Assembly (NCBI GenBank): GCA_951406725.2
Contig: OX597820.1
Location: 92,752,001 to 92,816,000 of the forward strand
DNA: 64,000 nucleotides
Direction of reading: 5' to 3'
DNA from: Octopus vulgaris
Lineage: Eukaryota
Shown: in pieces, positions 1 to 12,126 of the stretch
Layout: each line of letters starts with the position of its first letter
Numbering within the stretch: the stretch's first letter is position 1
Notes under the pieces: generated by a model
Told to the model about the DNA's origin: nothing
What the model saw: the letters and a program-made list of their open reading frames with translations, nothing else
Database searches by the model: none
Translations under genes and position numbers: made by a program

Positions 1-960
1 ATATATATATATAACCTTATAACATAACAGGATAAATATAATACTATATACTACAGTGTGTTATCTTATATTTACTCAATATATATTTGCGTCGGAATAT
101 TTCTGGTCCATGCAACTATAATATTCTATATTTTGGCAATTCACAATACTTCATCATAAATAAATGAATAACGATGGATCTTTCTCTTATTTGTTTTAGA
201 ATATCGCTGAAATAATGGTTAAACTTTGTATCGTTGTAGCAGGCATTAGCGCAGCAATTACCACAGAAATACTGCATACGACATGGAACTGTTTATAGAG
301 ATAATTCTCACAATATCAAAGGCAATAGCAAAGATAAAGATGACAAACAGCAGCCCCTCGCAGATTATTATACAAGATATAGCTTAGCGATAAAACATTA
401 ATTGTCAACGATTTAACAGGTGAAATGTCGCTAGCTAACTTGATTTAACAATCATAAGCAAGGATGTTATATCTGATATTATCTCTGGAGTTACGTTTTA
501 TATAACCAGGCGAAGATACCGAAGTCTACATATATATATATTCTCTAAGAACGTAATCTCAAATGATACTGATATGATTTCAGATACAACTGAATGCAAT
601 CTGCGGTAAAGAAATAGATTTTAAATATTTAGCTAACTTGCAGTGTTGGCATCAAATATCTACGTGCGAATTTAGACAGATAAATATATGCAATGCTACT
701 TTGTTTGATATCACCAAGGGGACAAATAAGCCAATTCAACAAGCGATTGAATGTCTTAAGAGAAAAATTAAGTCCCAGTTAAAACGGTTTCCATAATGAA
801 TTTGCTTATATTATTAGTATTGAATTCTAAACAGTATATATTATGTTGATATATTTTAGATTTCTTTAAAATAGCCACTTGCAAATTGATATGAATTTTG
901 TCTGGATTACTTTTAAATAATGTTATCTTATTTCATATTGTAATGTTAACTCGTTTTACA

Positions 961-1372
961 CAAGTGTGACTGTGTTAAGAAGTTTCCTTCCCATCCACAT
1001 AGCTCCGGATTCAGTCGCACTGCGTGGCATCTTGGGCAAATGTCTTCTACTATAGTCTCAGGCTGATCAAAGCTTTGAGAGTATATTTGGTTGGCGGAAA
1101 CTGAGAGAAGCCGGTCGTATATATGTATATATGTATGTATTATGTATTATGTGTGTTTTTGTGTCTATGTTTGTCACCCACACCTCTTGGCAACTGGTGC
1201 TGGTGTTTTTATGTTTCCGTAACCTAGCGTTTCGGCAAAAAGAGACCGATAGAACAAGTACTAGGATTAAAAAATAAATCCTGGGGTCGATTTTGTTCCA
1301 CTAAAACCTTTCAAGACGTTGCCTCAGCATGGCCGCAGTCAATGACTGAAACAAGTAAGAGATGAAAGATAA
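961..1372 (+). mobile_element. tRNA-derived SINE, family A (diverged copy)
   Basis: Colinear with the copy at 20828-21280: GGATTCAGTCGCACTGCGTGGCATCTTGGGCAA head, internal TA/TG tract, and ...CAGCATGGCCGCAGTCAATGACTGAAACAAGTAA tail. Confidence 0.85.
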
Positions 1373-3574
1373 AATGATTGGATAATCTGTATGTTTTTCA
1401 AGGAAGGGATGACTTAGGGACCCTTTATTTTTTCTCTCCTCTGCAATATAAAGAAAAGACTATATATTCCTTTTTTATATCTACTACTAGTAATTTTATT
1501 GTCACTATAATTTCAGTTTTATACACATAACACTGTTTTGGAAATCCTGTCTCCGTCACCTACGAAGTAATTTATTAACTTTCTCAAATATTATTATAAA
1601 TATATTTCATTTTTATATAATGTATTTAATTCTCTGCATCACTCCACTGCAATGATGGACGAAGTATAAGCTAACCTCATCGATCATGTTCTACATGTAG
1701 CGTTGCATTGCAAGTAATTTGATGATGATACGGAACACTATTTATTTCCATACAACTGAATGTATAAAAGGAACAGAAATGTATTCTATGCAAATGGGTA
1801 TTCTTTGTACATAAGTCGATTTTAACTGCCTTGCTCATTGGAAATATCCAAAAATACTTCAAAGTAATCCAGAAAATGTGCGTATATAATAGCGTTACCT
1901 AATATCTACTATTTTTATCACTAAATTTACCTTAGCTAAAAAGTTATCTAAAAAACCTAATATTATAAAGAACAGCCCACCAAGGACCATTAAGCAGCGA
2001 AATAGGAAGAGTTCATCAGGCAACAAAACAGGAAAAAGGCATGGTATAATACTTCATGTAGTGAAAATGTATGAATTCAATATAGAAAGAAGTTTTCTGT
2101 CCTTCTCATGTACGCACTTCACGATTTACCAGAAGTTCCAAAAATGTACAGTAGTAATTCTGCCTTGGTGAATTTCAATCTCTCAAACACTTTTCTCTCC
2201 CATTTACTAATCAGTAGTGCATACAGTGCAAGACTTGAATATTCCTATCTCACTATCCGAATAATCATATTTAGTTCACCTGCCTTCCGATATTCCGGTT
2301 GTACTTATGAAAAATTGCATTTTGATCTAAGATATTTTACTATTTTTACCGAGAGGCCAGCCACATGCAAATACTTTGGAAAATATCTTATTCCATGTGT
2401 CATAATGATGTAAATGATGCTAACGAATGATGGTAGTCACCGCATTGAATGTTTGCGATTTGCGCGCCATATCAATAAACTGGATCGGTTCCTACATTCA
2501 AAGACTTTCACGCTCAAATGTCTATCCACTTAATCTGCATACCTTCGACTCTGCAGTGCGTGACCAGAATGAGGAATAATGTGTCCGCCCAAACATATAT
2601 CTATAAACATATCAATGATATCCAATAGGGCGATTATATGAATATTTCGAGTTGTAACCTGACAACTGCTCCAAAATTTGACATTTAACTTTTGAACAAG
2701 CTACTCCGTCTTTATTACCCCTTCACCGATTTATCTTGACTTGATGGCTATTCAGTAACATTTAAGTTACCTCTGTATCAATTAATCAGATTTAATAATG
2801 CCAGTTTGAATTAGATTTCAATTAGTACTATTTAACATCATAATATCTAAATTATCCTCCCGTAAATCACGATAGCATTTATGTTATCCTCGTTGCAATT
2901 ATTTATTTTTAATGACCGCCGTTTTAATTTCAATTAATATTTTACCTGATAATAATTAATTTATCCTCCCTTAAATATTCCGATTTGATAATTTCAATAT
3001 TCAAGGGAAAATTCTTCCTTTGAAATATTATTAGCATGCCCTTTTAATATTTTCAATTCTGACACCAGTTGCATTTCTTTCTACTATTTTATTTGAAATC
3101 ATTAATTATTTCACCTACTCTGTATTAAAGCTAGTCTACAGCAACACATGGTCTGAATTAACATATGAGGCAGCAGAGTCGTTAATGTTATTTCCTCAAA
3201 ATTTTATCGTCTAAGGAGTTCGTTGTCGAAGCACTGAGTAGCGGTGGAGTAGGTTATGGCCGACTTTATTGATAATCACTATATACTACTAAATGTAGAT
3301 TACTTTTCCTTCCTTACCTTTAGCTATTCTGTATATATATATAGACAGATAGATACATATATACATGCATAGATACATAGAAAGATAGATATACATATTT
3401 ATATACCTACCTACCTACGTACATATACATAGATACGCACACAGACACATAGATATGTTTGTCTGTATCTACATGTGTGTATGTTTATATGCATGCATAC
3501 ATACATAGATTAAAAGTTACATCGACAGCAACTATACCCACTTCGTCATCATCAATAAACAACAAGAACAACAT

Positions 3575-3627
3575 TAACAATAATGACACCACCAACAACA
3601 GCATAAACTACAACAACGATGATAATG

Positions 3628-3706
<79 letters not shown>

Positions 3707-3821
3707 TGATGATAATAACACTAATAATGATGATGATGATGATGCTGATGATGTTGATGATGGCGGTGGTGGTGGTGGTGGTGATAATGATGACGATGAT
3801 GATGATGATGACGATGATAAG

Positions 3822-3892
<71 letters not shown>

Positions 3893-3894
3893 TG

Positions 3895-3931
<37 letters not shown>

Positions 3932-3950
3932 TAATAATAATAATAATAAA

Positions 3951-3981
<31 letters not shown>

Positions 3982-4015
3982 AGAAGAAGAAGAAGAAGAA
4001 GAAGAAGAAGAAGAA
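3575..4015. repeat. Compound trinucleotide microsatellite (AAC/AAT/GAT/GGT/AAG)
   Basis: Visible directly; explains the poly-N/D/K/I/L ORFs in the track. Confidence 0.97.
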
Positions 4016-4830
4016 AATTGGAATAGAGTGCCCAGTAGAAGAACTGTTACAAAAGATTTGTTTCCTTGCCGTCGTCAAAATAATCAGGAAATATTAGATA
4101 ATTGAAAAAGAACAGAAAGCATGGTACCGTAGGCGTACAAGACTCCAAGACTTCCAACAAAAACTGAGTTAAAAAAATAATATCCAAATGGAGCTTATCC
4201 TAGAGTATAACAGACAAACTTGTTGGTGTGTTAGTCAGATGAGAGAACGGACATACTAGATAATTGAAGTGAGCTGTCCAATTGATAGAAGAATAAAAGA
4301 AAAGAAATTAGATATACATCAACACCTGAGGAAGGAGATAATTGAGGATGGAAAAATGTGAGGTCGTGCCATATTTTACTGGAGTCTTGGGAACGACGGG
4401 GAATAGGGTCAACAAATGGACAGAAAAGACAGGCGGCGAGCTGGCAGAAACGTTAGCACGCCGGGCGAAATGCTTATCGGTTTTTCGTCTGCTGTTACGT
4501 TCTGAGTTCAAATTCCGCCGAGGTCGACTTTGCCTTTCATCCTTTTGGGGTCGATAAATTGAGTACCAGTTATGCTCTGGATTTATGTAATTGACTTAAT
4601 CCCTTTGTCTATCCTTGTTTGTTCCCTCTATGTTTAGCCCCTTATGGGTAATAAAGAAATAAGAAGAGATAGGTTTGCAGACGCACATAGAATACATGCA
4701 ACTGACCTGCTTGTAAGGAACGGCGAACGTTCTTGAGTGGCTAAGGCTACAGAACGTGACTTGTTATCCAAAAGTAAACCCACCTCAATTCCAACATAGA
4801 GATGAAATACAAAATAGTTTTGAAATGACA
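4014..4830 (+). mobile_element. Two tandem 3' fragments of an R4/Dong-type non-LTR retrotransposon (restriction-like endonuclease region); the second is split by a SINE
   Basis: Copy 1: KIGIECPVEELLQKICFLAVVKIIRKY. Copy 2: IIEVSCPIDRRIKEKK...CEVVPYFTGVLGT..KWTEK, resuming after the SINE as EIGLQTHIEYMQLTCL*GTA. Matches the IDV.IP.D...PI.IGALG...LQK..LLGTA.I.R pattern. Confidence 0.75.
4431..4665 (+). mobile_element. tRNA-derived SINE, family B
   Basis: AGGCGGCGAGCTGGCAGAAACGTTAGCACGCCGGGCG...GAGTTCAAATTCC (B box)...GCCTTTCATCC..GGGGTCGATAAATT...GGTAATAAAGAAAT; closely matches 20516-20746. Confidence 0.92.
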
Positions 4831-4844
4831 ATAATAATTGTAAT

Positions 4845-5005
4845 CCTTTCTACTATAGGCACTAGGTCTGAACATTTAGGGAGAGAGGCTTGTCGATTAC
4901 AATGACCCAGTTCTCGACTAGCACTTATATTTCATTGATTCCGAAAAGATGGGAGACAAAGTCAACCTCGGCAGCACTTTAACTCAGAGCATAACATAAA
5001 GAGTT
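4845..5005 (-). mobile_element. Diverged family-B-related SINE fragment
   Basis: Reverse complement retains the GCCGAGGTTGACTTTG...CGGAATCAATGAAA core. Confidence 0.65.
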
Positions 5006-5065
5006 TGGAATAGATAAATGTTCACTGATAGTATTAGGGAGAGAAAAATACCCAAAACAGAGGGG

Positions 5066-5265
5066 TAATTCTTTGTAGGTAGGCATTGATCTTGGGCTGC
5101 TACGATAAACCCTTCTGTTTCAGATTTTAAGCCAGAGGACATTCGCCATTGATGTGTAAGGGCTTTGTCATCATCGGCATTATTCGTTCTCTTTGGGTAT
5201 TTGCAATTGAGAGGGTTTCTTGCCATCTTGTAGCTTTTGAGAAAGTATATTTAGCATTTTATTAT
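5066..5265 (-). pseudogene. R4/Dong-type LINE ORF fragment (region upstream of the CCHC finger)
   Basis: KYPKRTNNADDDKALTHQWRMSSGLKSETEGFIVAAQDQCLPTKNY fits the LK.ETEG.I.AAQDQ.L.T.NY motif of R4/Dong elements. Confidence 0.85.
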
Positions 5266-5272
5266 TGCAAAA

Positions 5273-5490
5273 TAAGGCAGCGAGCTGGCAGAAACGTTAG
5301 CACGCCGGGCGAAATGCTTAGCAGTATTTCGTCCGTCTTTCCGTTCAGAGTTCAAATTCCACCGAGGTCGACTTTACCTTTCATTCTTTCGGATCGATAA
5401 GTTAAGTACCAGTTGTGTAGTGGGTGGATCTAATTGACTGCCCCCCTCCCTAAAAATTTCGGGCCTTGTACCTAGAGTGGAAAAGATATT
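5273..5490 (+). mobile_element. SINE family B (variant tail)
   Basis: Same head and core as 4431-4665, with a different 3' tail (...GGCCTTGTACCTAGAGTGGAAAAG). Confidence 0.88.
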
Positions 5491-6112
5491 ATAGTAAATA
5501 TCATCCTCTTTTGGCAGTATTATTTAAGGGGAATAAAATGATTAGTTACATAGGTTGATGAACCGCTTCCAGATGTTATCTTCGTTCATTTTCCTAACTC
5601 TTATATATGTTTAGAATAAAACTGTCTTCTTTCACGTTCTGTCTACATTAGAAACTGTTTTAAGACACATCGTAATTTCACAGAAAACGGTTACTTATTT
5701 TTTAAGTTTTAAAATATCTCTATTCCACATGAAGGATTTCTGCTCTTCTTTTACTGATAAAGCTTAGTGATTTTGTAATTAATCAACTAGGATTGAGCGA
5801 TAAGTATGTTTACAAATTTATTTTTTTCAGATAAGAAAGACTACTACTGTAAAATATTTTTCTCAATCATTATTGTTGTCTTTCCCAAAGTCAGTAACTG
5901 ACGACATTTAGAGGTGAATAACCTGGTTATTTGTATTTAAGGCTCTATAATGTTCAATATATCACTCCTTATTAAAAAAAAAAAAAGGGCGTGGCTTAAA
6001 AATGATTTTAAAGCTATTTGTAGCAAGTTGGGGATTTTTCTTGGTTAAAATGTAGAAAAAAACCTGCATGAGAGTGCCTCCAAAGTTCGTCTTCGGGAAA
6101 GCCTCAGAGTAA

Positions 6113-6215
6113 GTAGTAGAAGACTTTTGCTCAAGGTGCCACGCAGTGAAACTAAACCCAGAACCATGTGGTTGGTAATCAAGCTACTTAATACACAGCC
6201 ACTCCCGCGCCTATA
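6113..6215 (-). mobile_element. SINE family A 5' fragment
   Basis: Reverse complement reads AGGCGCGGGAGTGGCTGTGT...ACTGCGTGGCACCTTGAGCAA. Confidence 0.8.
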
Positions 6216-7081
6216 GTCAAAATCCTCATAAAGGTACGAATTGGGGACCTATTCAGCGGTTTACAATGCATTGTATTCAATATATTCCAGCATGGAGGTA
6301 TGAATCCACCTCATATTGTAAAGGAATTCATTAATTTTAGTAACAGCTGTTTCAATTTAAGTATTTCATCGATTTTGGAAAAGTAAAAAGGGAAACTAAC
6401 TTCAGTAGAATTTCAGTTCGGAAGATAAAGAACCACAATAATCTACACAAGGTCCTTTCTCGGACTCTCTCGCTTCAACCAATCGACCGATTTATCTAGG
6501 TGATAAATGGGATACAACAGTGCTGTTCAAGCTGTTGATCAAAGCCAGTTAAGTTATTAGGGAGGTGTCGCTTATCACACTATTATATTAATACGTTTCT
6601 GTTTATAGATATTCCCCTCCAGTATAGAACGGAGATTATACGTATATACACAGATTTTGATTTTAAACACATAGGCTGAGGCATTCCTGAAGAAGAATCA
6701 GCGGATCAAATTCTTACCTGATTTTTCTAAGAGTGATTTTCCTGTTCCACGTTACTGTACATTCATTGTGAATAAGAGGCGCCTTAACATAAGAATATAC
6801 AAGCTAACTTTCAAGATCTCATTCTTGTTATAAAATGTGTGTATTACATTTTATATGTTTTGGTTATTATATATACTCTTAACTACGGCACCAGTTGGCT
6901 GATGATCAATTTTAAATTAGATATATTAGTACCTACTCGACTATACTTTGGGAATGTTTGCTGATATGCTTTTCATAAAATGTATACAAAACACACGTGA
7001 GCACATTCATGGAGATATTACCCGATGTTTCACAACACACACACACACAGACACACACACACAAATACACACATTTATATA

Positions 7082-7778
7082 TATTGGGTTGGCAACTAAG
7101 TTCCCGCCGTTTTAAATTTTGGAATCTATTTTGTCGAGAATTCTATTTTTGAATCATTTTGGAATCTATTTTGTTTTTTCTAGTTAATTTTAGTCAATTT
7201 TTGTTTATTTTCAGATCATTAAAATGGAATGTCAAGTGAAGAAAAACGCGCACTTTCGACATTTCCTTCCTTTTGCTTTGAATTAAGTGTCTAAGGCTGC
7301 AAAAGCTGCTCGCGATGTTTATGCTGTGTATAGAGAGGGTGCCATAGCTGAAAGAACCGCTTGTGATTGGTATGCCAAATTCCAAAATGGAAATTTTGAC
7401 CTCAAAGACGCTCCTCACTTTAGCCGTCCAGTTGAGTTCGGTGAAGAGCGATTTAACCAACTTCTGCACGAAAATTCTCGTCAAACGACAAGAGAACTGG
7501 CAGATAAAATGGAACAGAGAAAAGAACAGACATGGAATGCTTCCACACTACTATAGAGAATCATCTTCACTCGATGGGAAAGGTTCAGAATTGAGAGCTT
7601 GGTTAGATCAATTTTTCGAGCCCGAAATTGGGTGATTTCTACCAACAAGGTATTGAAAATCTTGTTGAACGTTTGGGAAGAAGTTGTAAACAACAATGGT
7701 GAATACATTATTGATTAATTAGTTGTTATTTTTTATTAAACATTAAAAAAAATTAAATTAAAAAAAACCGACCTAATA
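7082..7778 (+). mobile_element. Internally deleted mariner element with a disrupted transposase
   Basis: Left end TA-TTGGGTTGGCAACTAAG, degenerate right end CCGACCTAA-TA. MECQVKKNAHFRH...AARDVYAVY.EGAIAERT..DWYAKFQNGNFDLKD.P...RP is a mariner N-terminal HTH. A C-terminal remnant (FY..GIENLVERLG) is present but the catalytic core is missing. Confidence 0.9.
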
Positions 7779-7790
7779 TATATATATATA

Positions 7791-8340
7791 TAGGTGCAGG
7801 AGTGGTTGTGTAGTAAGTAGCTTGCTTCCCAACCATATGGTTTCGGGTTCACTTTCAATAATTCTTAGTGATTTCAATCGCAGTGCTCCAGCATGGGCGC
7901 AGTCACTGGACTGAAACATATAAAAGAATAAAAGAATATACATATATACATATATATACACATGTAAGTATGTATGTGTGTATGTATGTATGTATGTATG
8001 TATGTATGTATGTATGCATATAGGGACAGGCATGGGTATGTGATAAGTTTGCTTCCCAACCATTTAGTTCTAAGTTCAATCCCAGTGCGTTGGATATTGA
8101 GCCGACCAAAGCCCTGTGAGTGGATCTGGAAGACGGAAACTGAAAGTGATTGTATATATATATATATATACGACGGGTGTTTTTCAATTTTCGTCTACCA
8201 AATCCACCCATAACGCTTTGGTGACCCCAGGCTATAGTAGAAGAAACATTTCTTTATCTAGCGTGTAGAGGGGATTTTCCCCAAGTTTCCGGACTGTAGG
8301 AATAAACCTGGTACAATGCAGTTGGGAAGTTAGGTTCTTA
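7791..8340. mobile_element. Cluster of SINE family A fragments, including two 5' halves in opposite orientation (about 8030-8150 + and 8170-8340 -)
   Basis: GTGGATCTGGAAGACGGAAACTGAAA is followed by its reverse complement TTTCAATTTTCGTCTACCAAATCCAC. Confidence 0.75.
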
Positions 8341-8545
8341 TTTATTTATTGCCCACAAGGGGATAAACATAGAGAGGACAAACAAGGACAGACAAAGGGA
8401 TTAAATCGATTACATTGCCCCCAGTGCGTAACTGGTACTTAATTTATCGACCCCGAAAGGATGAAAGGCGAAGTCGAGCTCGGCAGAATTTGAACTCTAA
8501 ACGTAAAGACAAACGAAATACCGCTAAGCGTTTCACCCAGCGTGT
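8340..8545 (-). mobile_element. SINE family B, 5'-truncated
   Basis: CTGGTACTTAATTTATCGACCCCGAAAGGATGAAAGGC is the reverse complement of the family core. Confidence 0.9.
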
Positions 8546-8580
8546 TAAGAAGTAAGCCCCTTGCCACGCAGCCGCATTTG

Positions 8581-8583
<3 letters not shown>

Positions 8584-8625
<42 letters not shown>

Positions 8626-8686
8626 ATATATATATATATATACAAATATATATTTATACATATATATATATGTATATACATATATG

Positions 8687-8723
<37 letters not shown>

Positions 8724-8728
8724 AGGTT

Positions 8729-8765
<37 letters not shown>

Positions 8766-9035
8766 ATATATATATATATATATTACATATCTATTACACA
8801 CACGCAGGGACGCGCGCGCACACACACACACACATACATATATTTATATATATATATGTATATATGCATAGTTATCATGCATGCACATACAAACTCGGAC
8901 ATGTATGCGTTTGTGTGTCTGTATGTGTGCGTGAGTGTGTGTTTGTGTGTGTTTGCGTGTGTGTGTGTATAAGCAGATGAGCAGGCGCACATATATAATA
9001 CAAATGTATGTATACTTACAAACACACTTACAAAC

Positions 9036-9086
<51 letters not shown>

Positions 9087-9092
9087 ATATAT
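8584..9092. repeat. (CT)n/(TA)n/(CA)n/(TG)n microsatellite cluster
   Basis: Visible directly. Confidence 0.95.
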
Positions 9093-10166
9093 GAATTATC
9101 TAGTTATCTTTATTATCATAAAAGACCCAGTGGTAAAATACAGCGAGTTTCTTAAACAATAATTGAAACAGAGATGCCATCTAGAGATGTCCCAATATAT
9201 TACCAGCATTGATATAATGTCTATTCCACTATCTTGTTTATCTTCTCTTCAGTGTTACTATAACTGCTGCCGCTGTAGCTACAGCTATCACCAAGCCAGA
9301 CACTACAATTCTTAATATTGTTACTGCCTGATAGTGTTAGAAATGATGCTGTGTTGCATTGCAGATTATGCAAGTAGTGATAGTATTATAGAGTTGTACT
9401 GTAGGTGCCTTTTAATGCAACTGTTGCTGCGATTAAGCGGATGGAAGACAATTCACCCATGACCATCTTATCGATATTTTTGAGTTGCATATTTCGAACC
9501 GAGTTTCGTAATTTATTTTCAAGTTTTCAAGAAAGAGTGAAACAGACTGGTATTTCTAGCAGGTCAAGCTACCAGATCTATTTTTGTTCAGGAGTAATTA
9601 ATAGTGCTGGATGTGATAGTAATTGTAATTTTCATGGTGTTGGTCTTGGGTGTGATGGTGATCGTAGTGGTGGTAGCGTAGTGCTGTTTCTGGTGGCGGG
9701 GGGGGGGGGGAAAGAGGTGAGAGGATGAAAGTTTTTTTTTCTAGCAATCATGTTGGAAGTAGACCTTGCTATTGTGATAGATACTGCTTTCATTGGATTG
9801 TTAATATTCGTAGTGGCCATAGTGTTTTGGTTGCGGTGGGGTTGGGGTGGAGACGGCGGTGGTGGTGGTTGTGGTAGTAGTAGTTGGTTTTGGTGACGGT
9901 TTATTTGTAGGCGATGTAGGTTTTGGCGTTGATAATAGAGGGTTGCTTTTTTGACAATGGTTTTGTTGGTGAGAGTCATGGTAAGTTGGAGGCGATGTTT
10001 TCCTTGATGGTGCTTTTCGTGGTGGCGAGCGGTGATTATCGGGTTGTGGTGGTCGTCATCCTCTTTGTGTCGGTAGCATTACGGATGGTTTTGACGCTGA
10101 TGGTGTATGCTACGGCAAGGATCATTGTTGATACAGGGACTGATAAACCCTATTGTTTTCCATAGT

Positions 10167-10549
10167 GGAGGCGCAATGGCCCAGTGGTTAGGGCAGCGGA
10201 CTCGCGGTCATAGGATCGCGGTTTCGATTCCCAGACCGGGCGTTGTGAGTGTTTATTGAGCGAAAACACCTAAAGCTCCACGAGGCTCCGGCAGGGGATG
10301 GTGGTGATCCCTGCTGTACTCTTTCACCACAACTTTCTCTCACTCTTACTTCCTGCTTGTGTTGTACCTGTATTTCAAACGGCCGGCCTTGTCACTCTCT
10401 GTGTCACGCTGAATATCCCCGAGAACTACGTTAAAGGTACACGTGTCTGAAGAGTGCTCGGCCACTTACACGTTAATTTCACGAGCAGGCTGTTCCGTTG
10501 ATTCGGATCAACCGGAACCCTCGTCGTCGTAACCGACAGAGTGCTTCCA
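10167..10549 (+). mobile_element. Full-length tRNA-derived SINE, family C, with 16-bp TSD
   Basis: A box TGGCCCAGTGG and B-box-like GTTTCGATTCC; TSD TATTGTTTTCCATAGT at 10151-10166 and 10550-10565. Confidence 0.92.
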
Positions 10550-10719
10550 TATTGTTTTCCATAGTAATGATGATCATGATGACGATGATGACGACATTGA
10601 TGGAGGAGTCGGAGCGGGAGGTGGAAGAGAAGATGTTGATGATATATATATGGTGGATATACATTGCAATGTTGGCCCAAGTGCCATTTCGATTTTGTTT
10701 CAGTCATACTATATATGGA

Positions 10720-10938
10720 TGGAAGCACTCCGTCGGTTACGACGACGAGGATTCCGGTTGATCCGAATCAACGGAACAGCCTGCTCGTGAAATTAACGTG
10801 TAAGTGGCTGAGCACTCCACAGACACGTGTACCCTTAACGTAGTTCTCGGGGATATTCAGCGTGACACAGAGAGTGACAAGGCCGGCCCTTTGAAATACA
10901 GGTACAAGAGAAACAGGAAGTAAGAGTGAGAGAAAGTT
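10720..10938 (-). mobile_element. 5'-truncated SINE family C copy, inverted relative to 10167-10549
   Basis: Reverse complement closely matches 10331-10549. Confidence 0.92.
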
Positions 10939-11721
10939 AATGTTGCATTATCCACAGGGTCTCGCCATATTTAAGGAGGGTTATATTTTAAGCGAAAACT
11001 AGTTGCTGTTTCCAGCAGATTCAGCGATTAATCCGAAAGCTCTCTCTTTGAGTCATAGTAATGATGATAGCGGAGCAAATTATGACGGTGACTGTGGAAG
11101 TTCTAGCCGGTTATTATGTTGCCGTCTATAAGGTTAAATTTAACATAATTACGTACCAATACATTCTTCATTGGCAGTAGAGAGAGACAGAGACGGGCTT
11201 GTATAGGTAAATTTGCGAAGTCGAGGTGTCTTTTTTCTCACCAAATAACGGGACTGAAAGGAAAATGTATAATGGAGTGTGCGCAAGTTATTCAAAACGA
11301 TAGGTCGTCCACCAGACTTCTTTCAAGCATGTAGACAAACAGCAGTATAAAGCTAGTAAGTTATATCTAAGACACGCCTCAAGTGGAGCATTTTAGGACA
11401 CGCCTCTAGTGGAACATTTTAGTGAGATCTTAGAGATCATTAACTAGTTAAAAAGTGCAGAGTGTGACTAGCTGAAAGAAAGTATATTCATATTAGATCG
11501 AACTACTACACGAACCTCATAGTTGTTGCAAGAGGTATGCATGTCCACAAGACAACAGATGTCCTCTTTCTCTTGTAATTTTCTGAACACATTCGGAACA
11601 AAAGTGTATATATGTATGAAGGTATGTATGCATTGATATATATATATATATGTAATGTGCTACTATGATCTTAGTCCTTAGATCACCGTTTACAATTCGT
11701 CTCACTAGATTCAACTTCCTT

Positions 11722-12081
11722 CAGGTGCAGTTTAGATATGTGATAAGAAGTTTGAGTTCTATCCACAAGCTTCTAGTTTCAGTTTCACTACGTAGAAGCT
11801 TGGATAAGTTTCTTCTATTATAGCTCCACGTTGACCCAAGCCTTCTGAGCGGATTTGTTAAGCAGAAACTGAATGAACGTCTATATCTGCGTGTGTATAT
11901 GTGTGTGCGCATTTTGTGCTTGTCGCCACCTATTGGCACACGGTGTTGGTTTGTTTAAGACCTAGTGACTTAGTGGTTCGGAAAAGAGTGGCCAACAGAA
12001 TAAGTAACTGGCTTAGAGATAAGTACTGGAACTGATTTTTGGGACTATTTCAAGGCAGTACTCCAGCATGGCAGTAGATAA

Positions 12082-12085
<4 letters not shown>
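11722..12085 (+). mobile_element. SINE family A, old diverged copy
   Basis: Colinear with 20828-21280 from the AGGTGCAG head to CTCCAGCATGG. Confidence 0.75.

Positions 12086-12120
<35 letters not shown>

Positions 12121-12126
<6 letters not shown>

Noticed and set aside
3459-4097. 212-aa poly-N/D/K ORF as a low-complexity protein gene
   Set aside because: Open only because of trinucleotide repeats; its C-terminus is a Dong LINE fragment
10167-10240. tRNA gene
   Set aside because: The tRNA-like head continues into a repeated body with a TSD, so it is a SINE head
11370-11422. Two-copy ~27-bp tandem repeat (GACACGCCTC.AGTGGA.CATTTTAG)
   Set aside because: Real, but an ordinary slippage duplication with no further structure
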